A stretch of 64,000 nt of DNA from Deltaproteobacteria bacterium (lineage in GTDB: Bacteria; Desulfobacterota_D; UBA1144; Nemesobacterales; CSP1-2): NCBI GenBank assembly GCA_052390235.1, contig JBQTHB010000006.1:270218-334217 (forward strand), given 5' to 3'. This document shows, piece by piece, positions 29,737 through 39,596 of the stretch. Below the pieces are notes generated by a model, which saw nothing but the letters and a program-made list of their open reading frames with translations, was not told the DNA's origin and ran no database searches. The position numbers were made by a program, and so were the translations under genes. The stretch's first letter is position 1. Every line of letters begins with the position of its first letter.

Positions 29737-30318
29737 ATGATACTCGTCGTGGGGCTTGGAAATCCTGGCCGAGAGTACTCGGCGTCAAAGCACAACGTCG
29801 GATTTATGGTTCTCGATGCCCTGCTAGAGAGATTCCGCATCGCCTCCGTAAAGAAGGGGTTTAGCGGCTTATTCGGGGAGGCTACGGTCGCAGAGCAGAG
29901 GGTGATGCTCCTTAAGCCGCAGACATATATGAATTTAAGCGGCGCATCGGTGTCAGAGGCATCGCAGTTTTTTAAAATCCCCGCAGAGAACATAATTTCC
30001 GTCTATGATGAGATGGATTTAGCCCTTGGGGTCATCAAAATAAAATTAGGCGGCGGGAGCGCGGGACACAGAGGGGTCGAATCCATCAGGGCGCGCCTTG
30101 GGAGCGATAAATTCACGAGGGTAAGGGTCGGGATAGGAAAGCCTCGGCAGGGGGGCGACACCACGAGCCATGTTCTGTCGGGGTTCGCAAGAGACGAGCG
30201 GCGGATAATTGACGAAGCCACCCTGAGAGCGGCGGATGCGGTAGTGGAAATCATCGAAAACGGCGCGGCGGCGGCGATGAATAAATTCAACCAAAAGCAG
30301 GACACCGAATCCAAATAA
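29737..30318 (+). CDS. pth: Peptidyl-tRNA hydrolase
   Basis: VGLGNPG, HNVGF, KPQTYMNLSG, GHRG. Confidence 0.96.
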   Translation: MILVVGLGNPGREYSASKHNVGFMVLDALLERFRIASVKKGFSGLFGEATVAEQRVMLLKPQTYMNLSGASVSEASQFFKIPAENIISVYDEMDLALGVIKIKLGGGSAGHRGVESIRARLGSDKFTRVRVGIGKPRQGGDTTSHVLSGFARDERRIIDEATLRAADAVVEIIENGAAAAMNKFNQKQDTESK

Positions 30319-30413
30319 AATTTATGGTATATTTCACAGTCTAAAATTTATGTTCGTTACTCTGAGACAGAGCGCCTCAGGGTCGGAAAGCCCAAAACGG
30401 AGGTTTTATCTAT

Positions 30414-30770
30414 ATGGTTAAAGGAAATTATTACGAGACTCTATATCTGTTCAGACCAGATATTAGAGAAGACGAGCTAAAGAAGGTTCAGGATAAGCTC
30501 AACGAAGCCCTAGGGCATCACGAGGCTGAGGTATTTAAATGGGAGAAATGGTCGGAAAGAGACCTCGCCTACCCAATTGATAAGTACATCAGGGGGATTT
30601 ACTACATTATCGTGTATAAGGCGGCTACGGGAATCGTCGCGGAGATGGAGAAGAATCTGAGATTTTTCAACACCGACGTGCTGAGATTTATAACCGTCAA
30701 AATAAAAGAGGACGCCGCCCTGAGGGAAAAGGCTTCTTCGGCAAATCAAACGCAGGAAGGAGGCGAATAA
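30414..30770 (+). CDS. rpsF: 30S ribosomal protein S6
   Basis: YETLYLFRPD, LAYPI, VLRF; synteny with rpsR and rplI. Confidence 0.9.
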   Translation: MVKGNYYETLYLFRPDIREDELKKVQDKLNEALGHHEAEVFKWEKWSERDLAYPIDKYIRGIYYIIVYKAATGIVAEMEKNLRFFNTDVLRFITVKIKEDAALREKASSANQTQEGGE

Positions 30771-30773
30771 GCT

Positions 30774-31013
30774 ATGGAAAATCCAAGAGATAAGAGGTTT
30801 TTTGTAAAGAGAAAAGTGTGTAAGTTCTGCACCGAAAGCGTGGAGATGGACTATAAAAACGCGGATCTCCTATCGGATTTCATAAACGACAGGAAAAAAA
30901 TCTCCCCGCGCAGAAGCTCCGGGGTCTGCGCCCCGTGCCAGAGGAGATTAGCCGTGGTGATTAAGCGCGCCCGACTTATGGCTCTTCTGCCCTATACCGT
31001 GCTTCACCGCTAA
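30774..31013 (+). CDS. rpsR: 30S ribosomal protein S18 (Cys/Zn-binding form)
   Basis: CKFC, DYKN, KISPRR, QRRL..IKRAR. Confidence 0.95.
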   Translation: MENPRDKRFFVKRKVCKFCTESVEMDYKNADLLSDFINDRKKISPRRSSGVCAPCQRRLAVVIKRARLMALLPYTVLHR

Positions 31014-31115
31014 GAGCGCGGGAGGCGCAAAGCCCATCCCCCCCACCCATTAGGCGCGGAGGGATAAGCCCCATGAGACATTATCAAATTAGAGAATTTT
31101 GGAGGTATAAACTCA

Positions 31116-31562
31116 ATGAAAATAATACTTTTAGATGATTTGGATAAAATTGGCAGACGCGGCGAAACGGTAGAGGTAAAAAACGGATTTGCGCGCAATT
31201 TCCTTTTTCCGAAGAAACTCGCCATTGTAGCCACAGCCGGGAACATGAAAGTGTGGGAGAGCCAGAGGGAATCGCTGATTAAAAAAGCGGTTAAAGCCAA
31301 GGAAGAGGCCCTCTCGCTCGCCGAGCTTCTGAAAAATACTGACTGCAAGATTCCCGCCCGCGCCGGGGAAGAGAACAGGCTATTCGGTTCGATAACCCCT
31401 CAGCACATATCCGAGGCGCTATCGAAGCTCGGCTTCAATATCTCGAAAAAGAGCGTGGGCATCGAAGCCCCGATAAAAACGCTCGGCTCTCACGAGGTTA
31501 AGATTAAGCTCCATGCCAGTGTTTCAGTTGATTTCAAAGTGGAAGTTGTAAAAGCAAGCTAA
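31116..31562 (+). CDS. rplI: 50S ribosomal protein L9
   Basis: VKNGFARNFLFP, LFGSI, IKTLG. Confidence 0.96.
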   Translation: MKIILLDDLDKIGRRGETVEVKNGFARNFLFPKKLAIVATAGNMKVWESQRESLIKKAVKAKEEALSLAELLKNTDCKIPARAGEENRLFGSITPQHISEALSKLGFNISKKSVGIEAPIKTLGSHEVKIKLHASVSVDFKVEVVKAS

Positions 31563-31587
31563 ATAGAAATCAAAATCAAGAGAGTCC

Positions 31588-31640
31588 AAGAGAGACGACT
31601 CCACCCCAAAAAAAAGGGAAAGAGCGTCTCTCTTTTTATT
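31588..31640. terminator. Terminator after rplI
   Basis: AAGAGAGACG...CGTCTCTCTT followed by a T-rich tract. Confidence 0.7.
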
Positions 31641-31721
31641 TTTTCGCTGACTGAAGGTAGAAAAACGCGCGAATTAACGCCCTGCATCGGGGCGGTTTAT
31701 CTCTTGAGGCGTCGGCCCGCT

Positions 31722-32555
31722 CTATTTTTTCTGCGGAGACGAGGTTATATCCGCCGATAGCATCTCCGTGAGCGTTACTTTTTTATACCCCGCCGGGGCT
31801 TGGAATTCCCCGTCTGCAACATCCCCCGGAGAGACTTTCGTAATTTCCTCGATGTAACTCCCCTGCCCGCCGATGGCATGGCTTACGGTCTTTGTGGGAA
31901 ATCCTGAATCATAGAGGGTTTTGAATACCTTCTCCTGCTCATCGAGACCGGAGGACTGCTTGGTGGCTTTCTTTATCTCGGTCATATAATCCGCCATTTT
32001 CTTCATATCGAGTTCCTTGTCCAGTCCCAATTCGGCGCTGACCCACACCTCTTCGCTGAGCTTGCCGTCCTCATAGACCTCGTACTTATTGGACTTAAAT
32101 CCGGCTATGGACTCGACCGCTCCGGTTTTCTTTAAATCGAGCTTCACGGGCTTGTCTTCACCCGGAAAGGATATGCCCTGAGCCTTCATATTCTGCTGGA
32201 TTTTCGCCCTCTGGTCGGGGGGAAGCTGGGCGAGTTGCTTCTCAAGCTCGGTCTTCATCCGAGCCGTCGCCTCGCCGAAGAACTTCACATAATCCTCAGG
32301 TTTCGCTACGACATATCTCCTGCCTCGATTGTCAACCTGAATCATCTCGCCGGTGTTTAAATTGAGTATGGCGAGGGTGTTGCCGTTTTCCTCCACGAAT
32401 TTGATTTTATTATTCGAGATGAGAATCTTCCCCTTGGTCTTGGCATCGCTCCCCGCCTGGTATCTGACCTGATCCACTATAAGCCCCGCAAAAGCCCCCT
32501 CGGTTAGGAAGATGAGCATCACTGCCGCTAAAATATAGGAAATAATATTATTCAT
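31722..32555 (-). CDS. Secreted DUF4412-like protein
   Basis: Signal peptide; KTG..E.IAG....Y and F..PAGYKK patterns. Confidence 0.7.
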   Translation of the reverse strand: MNNIISYILAAVMLIFLTEGAFAGLIVDQVRYQAGSDAKTKGKILISNNKIKFVEENGNTLAILNLNTGEMIQVDNRGRRYVVAKPEDYVKFFGEATARMKTELEKQLAQLPPDQRAKIQQNMKAQGISFPGEDKPVKLDLKKTGAVESIAGFKSNKYEVYEDGKLSEEVWVSAELGLDKELDMKKMADYMTEIKKATKQSSGLDEQEKVFKTLYDSGFPTKTVSHAIGGQGSYIEEITKVSPGDVADGEFQAPAGYKKVTLTEMLSADITSSPQKK

Positions 32556-32744
32556 TAACTACGCCTCCTGATTTATTTGCGGATATTCAAACTGCAATAA
32601 CCGCCTATAGCTTTATGGATGAACAAACGGTTGTCAACGTTTTCTTGCGGCAACCCCTACTGCCACAGCCGCTCTATTGACGATGATTCAATTTGTGATA
32701 GATTAACCCAAAAGGGTGTGCTTTAATAAAAGGAGGTTTTTCTA

Positions 32745-33554
32745 ATGGCTGAAAAGCAAAGGCTTTTTGCCCCTGTGGGTGAAAAAGAAGTTACTAGAGC
32801 AATAGTCGAGGAGTTTTCAAAGGAATTCTGCGATTACATAACTAGCGACGTTATAGTGGTAGGTTCGGGTCCCAGTGGTCTCGTAGCCGCTAGGGACATT
32901 GCGAAGAAGAAATACAAAGTCGCCCTCGTGGAGAGGATGAACTACCTAGGCGGAGGGTTTTGGATCGGCGGATACCTGATGAACAAAATTACAGTAAGAG
33001 ACCCGGGGCAGAAGGTATTGGATGAGATTGAGGTGCCGTACAGAGAGTTTTCCGAGGGGCTTTATGTCGCCGATGGCCCCTATGCCTGCTCAAAACTCAT
33101 AGCGGCTACCTGCGAAGCCGGAGTCAAAATTATAAATATGACCATGTTCGACGACCTCGTCTATAGAGAAAACGGGCGCGTTGCAGGGGTGGTCATAAAT
33201 TGGAGTCCCATCGCCAATATGCCAAAGGAAATCACCTGCCTCGACCCCATTGCGCTTGAGTCAAAGCTGGTCATTGACGCCACTGGACACGACGCCTATC
33301 TCGTTTCAAGGCTCTCTCAGCAGGGCTTATACAGAAAACTCCCCGGACACGCCTCAATGTGGGTGGAAAAATCCGAAGACGCCCTTGTTGAACACACCGG
33401 AGAGGTCTATCCAGGACTCATCGCCTGTGGAATGTCCGTTAACAGCACCTACGGGCTTCCGAGAATGGGCCCTACGTTCGGCGGGATGCTACTTTCGGGA
33501 AAGAAAGCGGCTGAAGTCGCTATTAATCTGCTGCAGCAGCAGGCAAGAGCGTAA
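32745..33554 (+). CDS. thi4: Thi4-family thiazole synthase
   Basis: [43 protein letters not shown]. Confidence 0.93.
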   Translation: MAEKQRLFAPVGEKEVTRAIVEEFSKEFCDYITSDVIVVGSGPSGLVAARDIAKKKYKVALVERMNYLGGGFWIGGYLMNKITVRDPGQKVLDEIEVPYREFSEGLYVADGPYACSKLIAATCEAGVKIINMTMFDDLVYRENGRVAGVVINWSPIANMPKEITCLDPIALESKLVIDATGHDAYLVSRLSQQGLYRKLPGHASMWVEKSEDALVEHTGEVYPGLIACGMSVNSTYGLPRMGPTFGGMLLSGKKAAEVAINLLQQQARA

Positions 33555-33671
33555 TCCGAAAACCAGAAATCAATTAAGCCAATATCGGCGCGGGGGCGGC
33601 TTCTAGTGGCCGCTTCCGCTTTTTTATTTCGCCCCGTAGCAGCGATGCCAGAGAAGCCGGCGGGAGCGCCG

Positions 33672-34613
33672 CTAGCCAGTATTAGATTCCCGATGGAGAT
33701 TATGTCGGTTAGATAAAAGCTCCCTGTGCCTCTCGCACAGATTCCCGCCGAGCTGAACCCTCAGCACCTCTTCCTGCCAATGAGAATTGTAGAGCGCGCA
33801 GGCGGCATCCCCGCAGAATGCCTCTCCTGTGATTCCATATAAAATCGCCTGAAGTGCGTATGATTTCAGCGCATCAGTGGTTCTAGCGTCGTCGTACTCG
33901 ATGAACCGCCCCCGGTAGGCGCGGTCAAGGTCAGCGATATCGAGTCCCGCGCGGAGGTACCCGGATTTGGCGATGTAGTATTGCGTGGGTCTTGCGGGGG
34001 CTTCTACAAGCCCAGAGGTTGAAACGAGAGCAGGCACTCCCCCCAGAACGACCCGCGCGTGGTATCGCCCCTCGAACGTGCCAAAGAGCCTACCCGTGAA
34101 AATTAGATGAACCCCGCCGCCTTCAAAACCGCCGCCGAATCTTCGAGCCATAGAGGAGTGGAGAATTCTCTGGAGCCAGAGGGCGTCGTAAAACGCTCCC
34201 CGATAGGAAAAATTGCCCCGGACGCGCTCAATTTCTACGGCGATTTGCGCGTCATCGGCGGGAGACAGCTCATCCCTCGGTGCCGAGATGTCAGATATTG
34301 CCGCTCCTGCGATTTTTCTGGCAGCAGATTCTAATTCACCTGCGCCGCCGGCGGACAAATCAAGTGGACTTCCGCAAAATCGGGACGAGATACCAAGCCC
34401 GCTCAGGAAATCGGCTATTTCCGGTATCGAGAGCGAGGGCGATGGGTTATCGGAATATAGGAACACTCGCGTGGTCATCATCAGAGGATAAGCGAAGTCG
34501 CCGTTAGCCCGCTTCAGGCGCAGTCCAAAATCTATTAGCCCCTTGACCTGCCTCAAGAGTACAGAAGCCCAGGCGCGGCTGGCGCGCCGAGCCGAATGAT
34601 CTACCAGAATCAA
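33672..34613 (-). CDS. Putative metallopeptidase (DUF6775-like); start may be near 34481
   Basis: RYHAR, STSGLVEAPARP, FC...CALYNSHWQEE, LCERH motifs. Confidence 0.65.
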   Translation of the reverse strand: MILVDHSARRASRAWASVLLRQVKGLIDFGLRLKRANGDFAYPLMMTTRVFLYSDNPSPSLSIPEIADFLSGLGISSRFCGSPLDLSAGGAGELESAARKIAGAAISDISAPRDELSPADDAQIAVEIERVRGNFSYRGAFYDALWLQRILHSSMARRFGGGFEGGGVHLIFTGRLFGTFEGRYHARVVLGGVPALVSTSGLVEAPARPTQYYIAKSGYLRAGLDIADLDRAYRGRFIEYDDARTTDALKSYALQAILYGITGEAFCGDAACALYNSHWQEEVLRVQLGGNLCERHRELLSNRHNLHRESNTG

Positions 34614-35068
34614 GGGGAAATTTCGGCTATGAGTTCCACCTCCACGGGCGCGCCCAATGGAAGCTCAAACACCCCGACGGCGGCGCGGGCATGAACGCCT
34701 CTATCGCCGAATACATCAAATAGCAGATTTGAGGCGCCGTTGACGACATTCGCCTGCTGAACAAATCCGGGGGCGCTTGCGACGTATCCCACAACTTTTA
34801 CGACCCTTTGCACGCGCTCCAGACTGCCAAGCTCGGCTTTGAGCGCGGCGATTGCGTTTATTGCGGCGACCCTTGCGGCTTCGGCGGCTTCCTCAAGCGA
34901 GACCTCCGCCCCGACCTTGCCCCTGCACAGGAGTTGCCCTGCGCGCATTGGCAGCTGCCCCGACACATAAATCATATTCCCTGAGACAACGGCGGGCTTG
35001 TACGCCCCTATTGGTTTCGGCGGCAGAGTGAGTTCAATGCCGAGTTCCTTGAGCCTATCTTCAACCAC
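34610..35068 (-). CDS. RidA/YjgF-family protein
   Basis: YVSGQLP, NGASNLL, HARAAVG, LPLGAPVEVE; GTG start after GGAG. Confidence 0.92.
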   Translation of the reverse strand: MVEDRLKELGIELTLPPKPIGAYKPAVVSGNMIYVSGQLPMRAGQLLCRGKVGAEVSLEEAAEAARVAAINAIAALKAELGSLERVQRVVKVVGYVASAPGFVQQANVVNGASNLLFDVFGDRGVHARAAVGVFELPLGAPVEVELIAEISP

Positions 35069-35069
35069 T

Positions 35070-36494
35070 TTATTGCGCTCCTTCGATTTTAAGCGGCACA
35101 TAAATCGTGCTTCGGTCTCTTTTTATGAGAAAAAGCGCGGTCTGCCCGGCTTTTATGGCATCCATCGCCTGCCTATAGTCACCGAGACCGGACAGGGCTT
35201 TGCGGTTTACCTCGATGATAACATCGCCCCTTCGCACTCCGGCATCCCAAGCGGCGCTCCTCTGCTGAACGTCGGAAATTATCACGCCGGATGAATTTTC
35301 GAGGTTGAGGCGGCGCTGAATCTCAGGGGTGATTTCCTGTACCACGAGTCCGAGGTTTCGCTCGACTTGCTGGCCGGAGGGCGCGCCCGACGAGGCGACT
35401 TTATCCGGCTCCTCGGGAAGCTCCCCAATTCGCACTCTAGCGCTTCTCTCGCCGCTGTCCCTGATGAATTTCACCCTGCCCTCGGTACCAGGCGAGGTCA
35501 AGGCGACGAGCTTTGGCAAATCGGACATCTCTCTAATCCTGCTCTCGTTAAACTCCGTGATGACGTCTCCTCTCTTGAGTCCCGCTTTCTGCGCCGGGCC
35601 TCCTTGGCTCACGTCCGCCACGAGCGCCCCCTCGGCGGATTTAAGATTCATCCCCTGTGCAATTTCCGGGGTAACCTGCTGAACTAAAACCCCAATCCAA
35701 CCGCGGACGACTTTGCCTTTATTCCTAAGCTGGTCTATTACGCTCCGAGTCATGCTCGCAGGTATGGCGAACCCAATGCCCTGCCCTCCGGCGATGATTG
35801 CTGTGTTTACGCCCACGACCTCGCCCTTTAAATTGAACAGCGGGCCCCCGCTGTTTCCGGGATTAATTGCGGCGTCAGTCTGAATAAAGTCGTCGTAAGC
35901 CCCAAGCCCCAGAGACCTGCCCTTGGCGCTCACGATGCCAGCCGTTACGGTGTGTCCGAGCCCAAAGGGGTTTCCGATGGCTACGACCCAGTCGCCGATT
36001 TCAAGCGCGTTGGAGCTTCCGAGGGAGACGGCTGGAAGCGGCTTTTTTGCGTCAACTTTGAGAAGCGCGATGTCGGTTTTCGGGTCTCTGCCTATGATTT
36101 TTGCCTTGTACTTTCCTCCGTCTTCAAGTATCACGTCAATGTCGTTCGCCCTTTCAATGACGTGGTTATTGGTGATGATGAATCCATCTTGGCTTATGAT
36201 AAACCCTGAGCCAAGACCGCGCTGTCTGAATTCGCGCTGAGGGATTTCACTTCCGAAGAATTTCTCGAAGAACTCCTCGAACGGGTCGCCCTCGCCCCCC
36301 CCAAACGGGGATTTAAAAGGGGCTCCCTTGCGTATGCTCGTCGTGCTGATGTTGACGACCGAGGGTTTTAGCTTCTTCACCAGTTCGGAAAAAGAGACTA
36401 GGTACTGAGCCTCGGCGCTCTTCTGGGGAAGGTATAGGGAAAAGATGAATAAAGCGATGAAAATTCTGCTTAAATTTCGGGGAAATCCGCTCAT
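35070..36494 (-). CDS. DegP/HtrA (Do) serine protease with two PDZ domains
   Basis: GSGFII, TNNHV, DIALLK, QTDAAINPGNSGG; start could be 36521. Confidence 0.95.
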   Translation of the reverse strand: MSGFPRNLSRIFIALFIFSLYLPQKSAEAQYLVSFSELVKKLKPSVVNISTTSIRKGAPFKSPFGGGEGDPFEEFFEKFFGSEIPQREFRQRGLGSGFIISQDGFIITNNHVIERANDIDVILEDGGKYKAKIIGRDPKTDIALLKVDAKKPLPAVSLGSSNALEIGDWVVAIGNPFGLGHTVTAGIVSAKGRSLGLGAYDDFIQTDAAINPGNSGGPLFNLKGEVVGVNTAIIAGGQGIGFAIPASMTRSVIDQLRNKGKVVRGWIGVLVQQVTPEIAQGMNLKSAEGALVADVSQGGPAQKAGLKRGDVITEFNESRIREMSDLPKLVALTSPGTEGRVKFIRDSGERSARVRIGELPEEPDKVASSGAPSGQQVERNLGLVVQEITPEIQRRLNLENSSGVIISDVQQRSAAWDAGVRRGDVIIEVNRKALSGLGDYRQAMDAIKAGQTALFLIKRDRSTIYVPLKIEGAQ

Positions 36495-36547
36495 TTCGTG
36501 TATTGCCTCCTGATTAGTCAATAAGATATTGCTTCAGGTATTGGCTG

Positions 36548-37405
36548 TCAAGGAAATAATAATCCGCCGAGAGCGGGGGCGAAGAATAGATACGCGGCGG
36601 CGGCGGCGGCGAGAAACGGGCCGTAGGGGATTGCATAAGCCATGCTCTCTTTTTTGTAGAGCATCACGCCGATGCCGACGACAGTCCCCAGGAGAGAGCT
36701 AATGAGGGTTACGAAAATTATACTCTTCCAGCCTAAAAAAGCCCCTATCATGGCGAGGAGTTTTACATCGCCCATTCCCAAGCCCTCGCGCCCTCTTACG
36801 GCTGAATAGATTATGGCAATGATAAGTAAAATCCCTCCGCCGAGCGCCGCGCCCAGAAGGGAGTCGAAAATGGGAATTTCACTTGCGGCGATAAAAAACC
36901 CCACAATATCGAACCGAACCGATGCTAGGAGCGCCGGAGCGCCGCCCCAGTCGGTTCTGAGCGCGCCAAATGCCAAGCCGACTAAAATCCCCGGAAGGCT
37001 TATAACATTCGGGATAATCATCTGTTCGAGGTCTATGAATGTAATTACAATAAGCGCCGAGATGAATACAAAATAAAACGCCGCATCCGTCCCTACGCCA
37101 AAATTCCAGACTAAAAGCGCCGCCATCGCCCCCGAAAGAGCCTCAACCACAGGGTATTGAGCCGAAATCCCGACGCCGCACGCGCGGCATCTGCCCCGAA
37201 GCAGGAGATAGCTCAGCACGGGTACGTTATCGTAGAACCTGATAGGGGCATCGCAGGACGGGCAGTGCGAAGCTGGATACGCCACGGATTCCCCGCGGGG
37301 GAGTCTCCAGATGCAGACATTGAGGAAACTCCCGATAACCGAGCCTAGGACGAAGGCGCAGAGAAGCAGGGGTAAATCACTGAGAGCCGGTATGATCTGT
37401 TCCAA
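36548..37405 (-). CDS. pilD: Prepilin peptidase
   Basis: GSFLNV, CPSC/CRAC, FID, GMGDVKL, PYGPFL. Confidence 0.93.
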   Translation of the reverse strand: MEQIIPALSDLPLLLCAFVLGSVIGSFLNVCIWRLPRGESVAYPASHCPSCDAPIRFYDNVPVLSYLLLRGRCRACGVGISAQYPVVEALSGAMAALLVWNFGVGTDAAFYFVFISALIVITFIDLEQMIIPNVISLPGILVGLAFGALRTDWGGAPALLASVRFDIVGFFIAASEIPIFDSLLGAALGGGILLIIAIIYSAVRGREGLGMGDVKLLAMIGAFLGWKSIIFVTLISSLLGTVVGIGVMLYKKESMAYAIPYGPFLAAAAAAYLFFAPALGGLLFP

Positions 37406-37415
37406 TGGGATTGTC

Positions 37416-39548
37416 TTACTCCTCGGTGTCGGGAGGGGAAAATTTGCGATTTATCTTATCGGTTATCTCGCCGAGGGCATCGTCAAAATTAGCCTGCGTG
37501 ATTTTGAGCGCGCCGCGTTTGCGGTTTATGTGGTCTCTGATGCCGTTCATCGAAGCCCTATGGCATAAAAGCTCCACATCGGCGCCCGAAAACCCTTTTA
37601 GCCTTGCCGTCATACCGGTTAAGTTTACATCCTTTGACAGGGGTTTCATACGCGTGTGAATTTTCAGTATCTCAAGGAGCGCCTCTCCGTCCGGGTACGG
37701 GACGTTTAGAAATAGATCAAATCTGCCGGAGCGCAAAAAAGCCTCGTCAATCAGCTCCGCCCGGTTCGTAGCCGCAAGCGCCACAACCCCCCTGAGTTCC
37801 TCCACTCCGTCCATCTCAACGAGCAACTGGCTTACCACGCGCTCGGACACCCTTGCCCCGTCCGTATCCCTGCGGGAGGAGGCAAGAGCGTCAATCTCGT
37901 CGAAAAATACGATGCAGGGCGATACCTGCTTTGCCTTTTTAAACACCTCTCTTACGCGCTCCTCGGACTCCCCCACGTACTTCGACAGAAGCTCCGCGCC
38001 CTTAATGGAGATAAAATTAAGACCGCTCTCCTTAGCCAGAGCCTTTGCCAGAAGCGTCTTGCCGCTTCCCGTTGGACCATAGAGGAGAATTCCCTTGGGG
38101 GTTTTCGTGGCGGTGCTTTCAAATAAATCCCTGTATTCAAGCGGCCAGATGACGGCTTCAATGAGTTTTTGCTTGACCTCTCGAAGCCCGCCGACATCCT
38201 CCCATGAGACTTTCGGCACTTCGACAAATATCTCTCTGATAGCGGACGGCTCGACCCCTCTGAGGGCGACAAAGAAATCCTGCATCCCGACGGAGAGGGC
38301 AATTAAATTATCCGGCGCGCCGGCGGATGCTTCAATGTCAACGCCCTTGATGACTCCTCTAAGCGCGTTTATCGCCGCCTCCCGGCAGAGGTTTTCAATA
38401 TCCGCCCCGACGAAGCCGTGGGTGATTTCGGCGAGCCTGTCGAGGTCAATGTCTCTGGAAAGGGGCATTCCGCGGGTGTGAATCTCGAATATCTCGAGCC
38501 TGCTCTTTTTATCAGGCACATCGAGTACGACCTCTCTGTCGAACCTCCCGGGGCGCCTGAGAGCCGTATCGAGCATATTCGGCAGGTTCGTAGCCCCGAT
38601 GACGACCACCCTGCCCCTGTCCTTGAGTCCGTCCATGAGGGCTAGGAGCTGGGCGACGACGCGTTTCTCCACGTCCCCTGATACCTTCTCCCTTTTCGGA
38701 GCGATGGCGTCGAGCTCGTCAATAAAAATTATTGAGGGCTGGTTGCGCGTTGCGACCTCGAAAATGTCTCTTAGCCTAGCCTCGCTCTCGCCGTAGAATT
38801 TGTGGATTATCTCAGGGCCGTTTACGACCTGGAAATTGGCGTTAGTCTCGCGGGCGACGGCTCTGGCAAGGAGCGTCTTTCCCGTTCCCGGATGCCCGAT
38901 GAGCAGAACCCCCCGCGGGGGTTCAATCCCCAGCCGCTCGAACACAAGCGGGTATTTGAGGGGAAGCTCGACGATTTCGCGCACCTTGTTTATCTGCTCC
39001 CTAAGCCCGCCTATGTCCTCGTAGGTTACGTTATAAGCGCTGAGCTTGATTTTGGGCTTCTTGCGTATCTCGATTTTCGTCGAGGTTCGGATTACTATGG
39101 ATTCGGCAGGGATGGTGCCTAGAACCTGAAAATCCTCGATGCGCGCGCTCGTGAGGGCGATTCTCAATTTATCGCCGACTGTTACGGGAATTCCGTCGAG
39201 CCGGGCGGATAGGTACTGAGCCTCCTCGGAATTGAAGAGCAAATCGCCGTTCATGGGGGACAGCACCACCTTGAGCGCGGACTCAATTTGGGCTTTTTTC
39301 ACGAACACTATGTCGTCAATCGCGACCTTGGCGTTCTCCCTCGTTATGGCGTCAATCTCAATAGTAGAGGATTTCCCGCGCGACGCCTTTTCGAGAGGCA
39401 TGACGCGGGCGACGGTTTTCCTCTTTCCGCCGATTTCAATCAAGTCGAGCGCGCCGACTCCGAGCAGGCGCATATCGCCGGGGTCGAGCTTGGCGTACGC
39501 CTTTCCGGTGTCCTTCACAGCGATTTCAGTGGTTTTGAGCGATAGCAT
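37416..39548 (-). CDS. CDC48/p97(VCP)-like double-ring AAA+ ATPase
   Basis: N-domain, YEDIGGL, GHPGTGKT, DELD, RRPGRFDRE, PSAIRE, WEDVGGL, GPTGSGKT. Confidence 0.93.
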   Translation of the reverse strand: MLSLKTTEIAVKDTGKAYAKLDPGDMRLLGVGALDLIEIGGKRKTVARVMPLEKASRGKSSTIEIDAITRENAKVAIDDIVFVKKAQIESALKVVLSPMNGDLLFNSEEAQYLSARLDGIPVTVGDKLRIALTSARIEDFQVLGTIPAESIVIRTSTKIEIRKKPKIKLSAYNVTYEDIGGLREQINKVREIVELPLKYPLVFERLGIEPPRGVLLIGHPGTGKTLLARAVARETNANFQVVNGPEIIHKFYGESEARLRDIFEVATRNQPSIIFIDELDAIAPKREKVSGDVEKRVVAQLLALMDGLKDRGRVVVIGATNLPNMLDTALRRPGRFDREVVLDVPDKKSRLEIFEIHTRGMPLSRDIDLDRLAEITHGFVGADIENLCREAAINALRGVIKGVDIEASAGAPDNLIALSVGMQDFFVALRGVEPSAIREIFVEVPKVSWEDVGGLREVKQKLIEAVIWPLEYRDLFESTATKTPKGILLYGPTGSGKTLLAKALAKESGLNFISIKGAELLSKYVGESEERVREVFKKAKQVSPCIVFFDEIDALASSRRDTDGARVSERVVSQLLVEMDGVEELRGVVALAATNRAELIDEAFLRSGRFDLFLNVPYPDGEALLEILKIHTRMKPLSKDVNLTGMTARLKGFSGADVELLCHRASMNGIRDHINRKRGALKITQANFDDALGEITDKINRKFSPPDTEE

Positions 39549-39596
39549 ATAACCAAAATACTACCGAATTCTATCAATCACGGTCAAGCCTCTGGT

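Noticed and set aside
30355..30410. S6:S18 autoregulatory leader before rpsF
   Set aside because: A hairpin is plausible, but I cannot confirm the motif without a covariance model.
32556..32744. TPP riboswitch before thi4
   Set aside because: No CTGAGA core; the space is taken by divergent promoter-like sequence.
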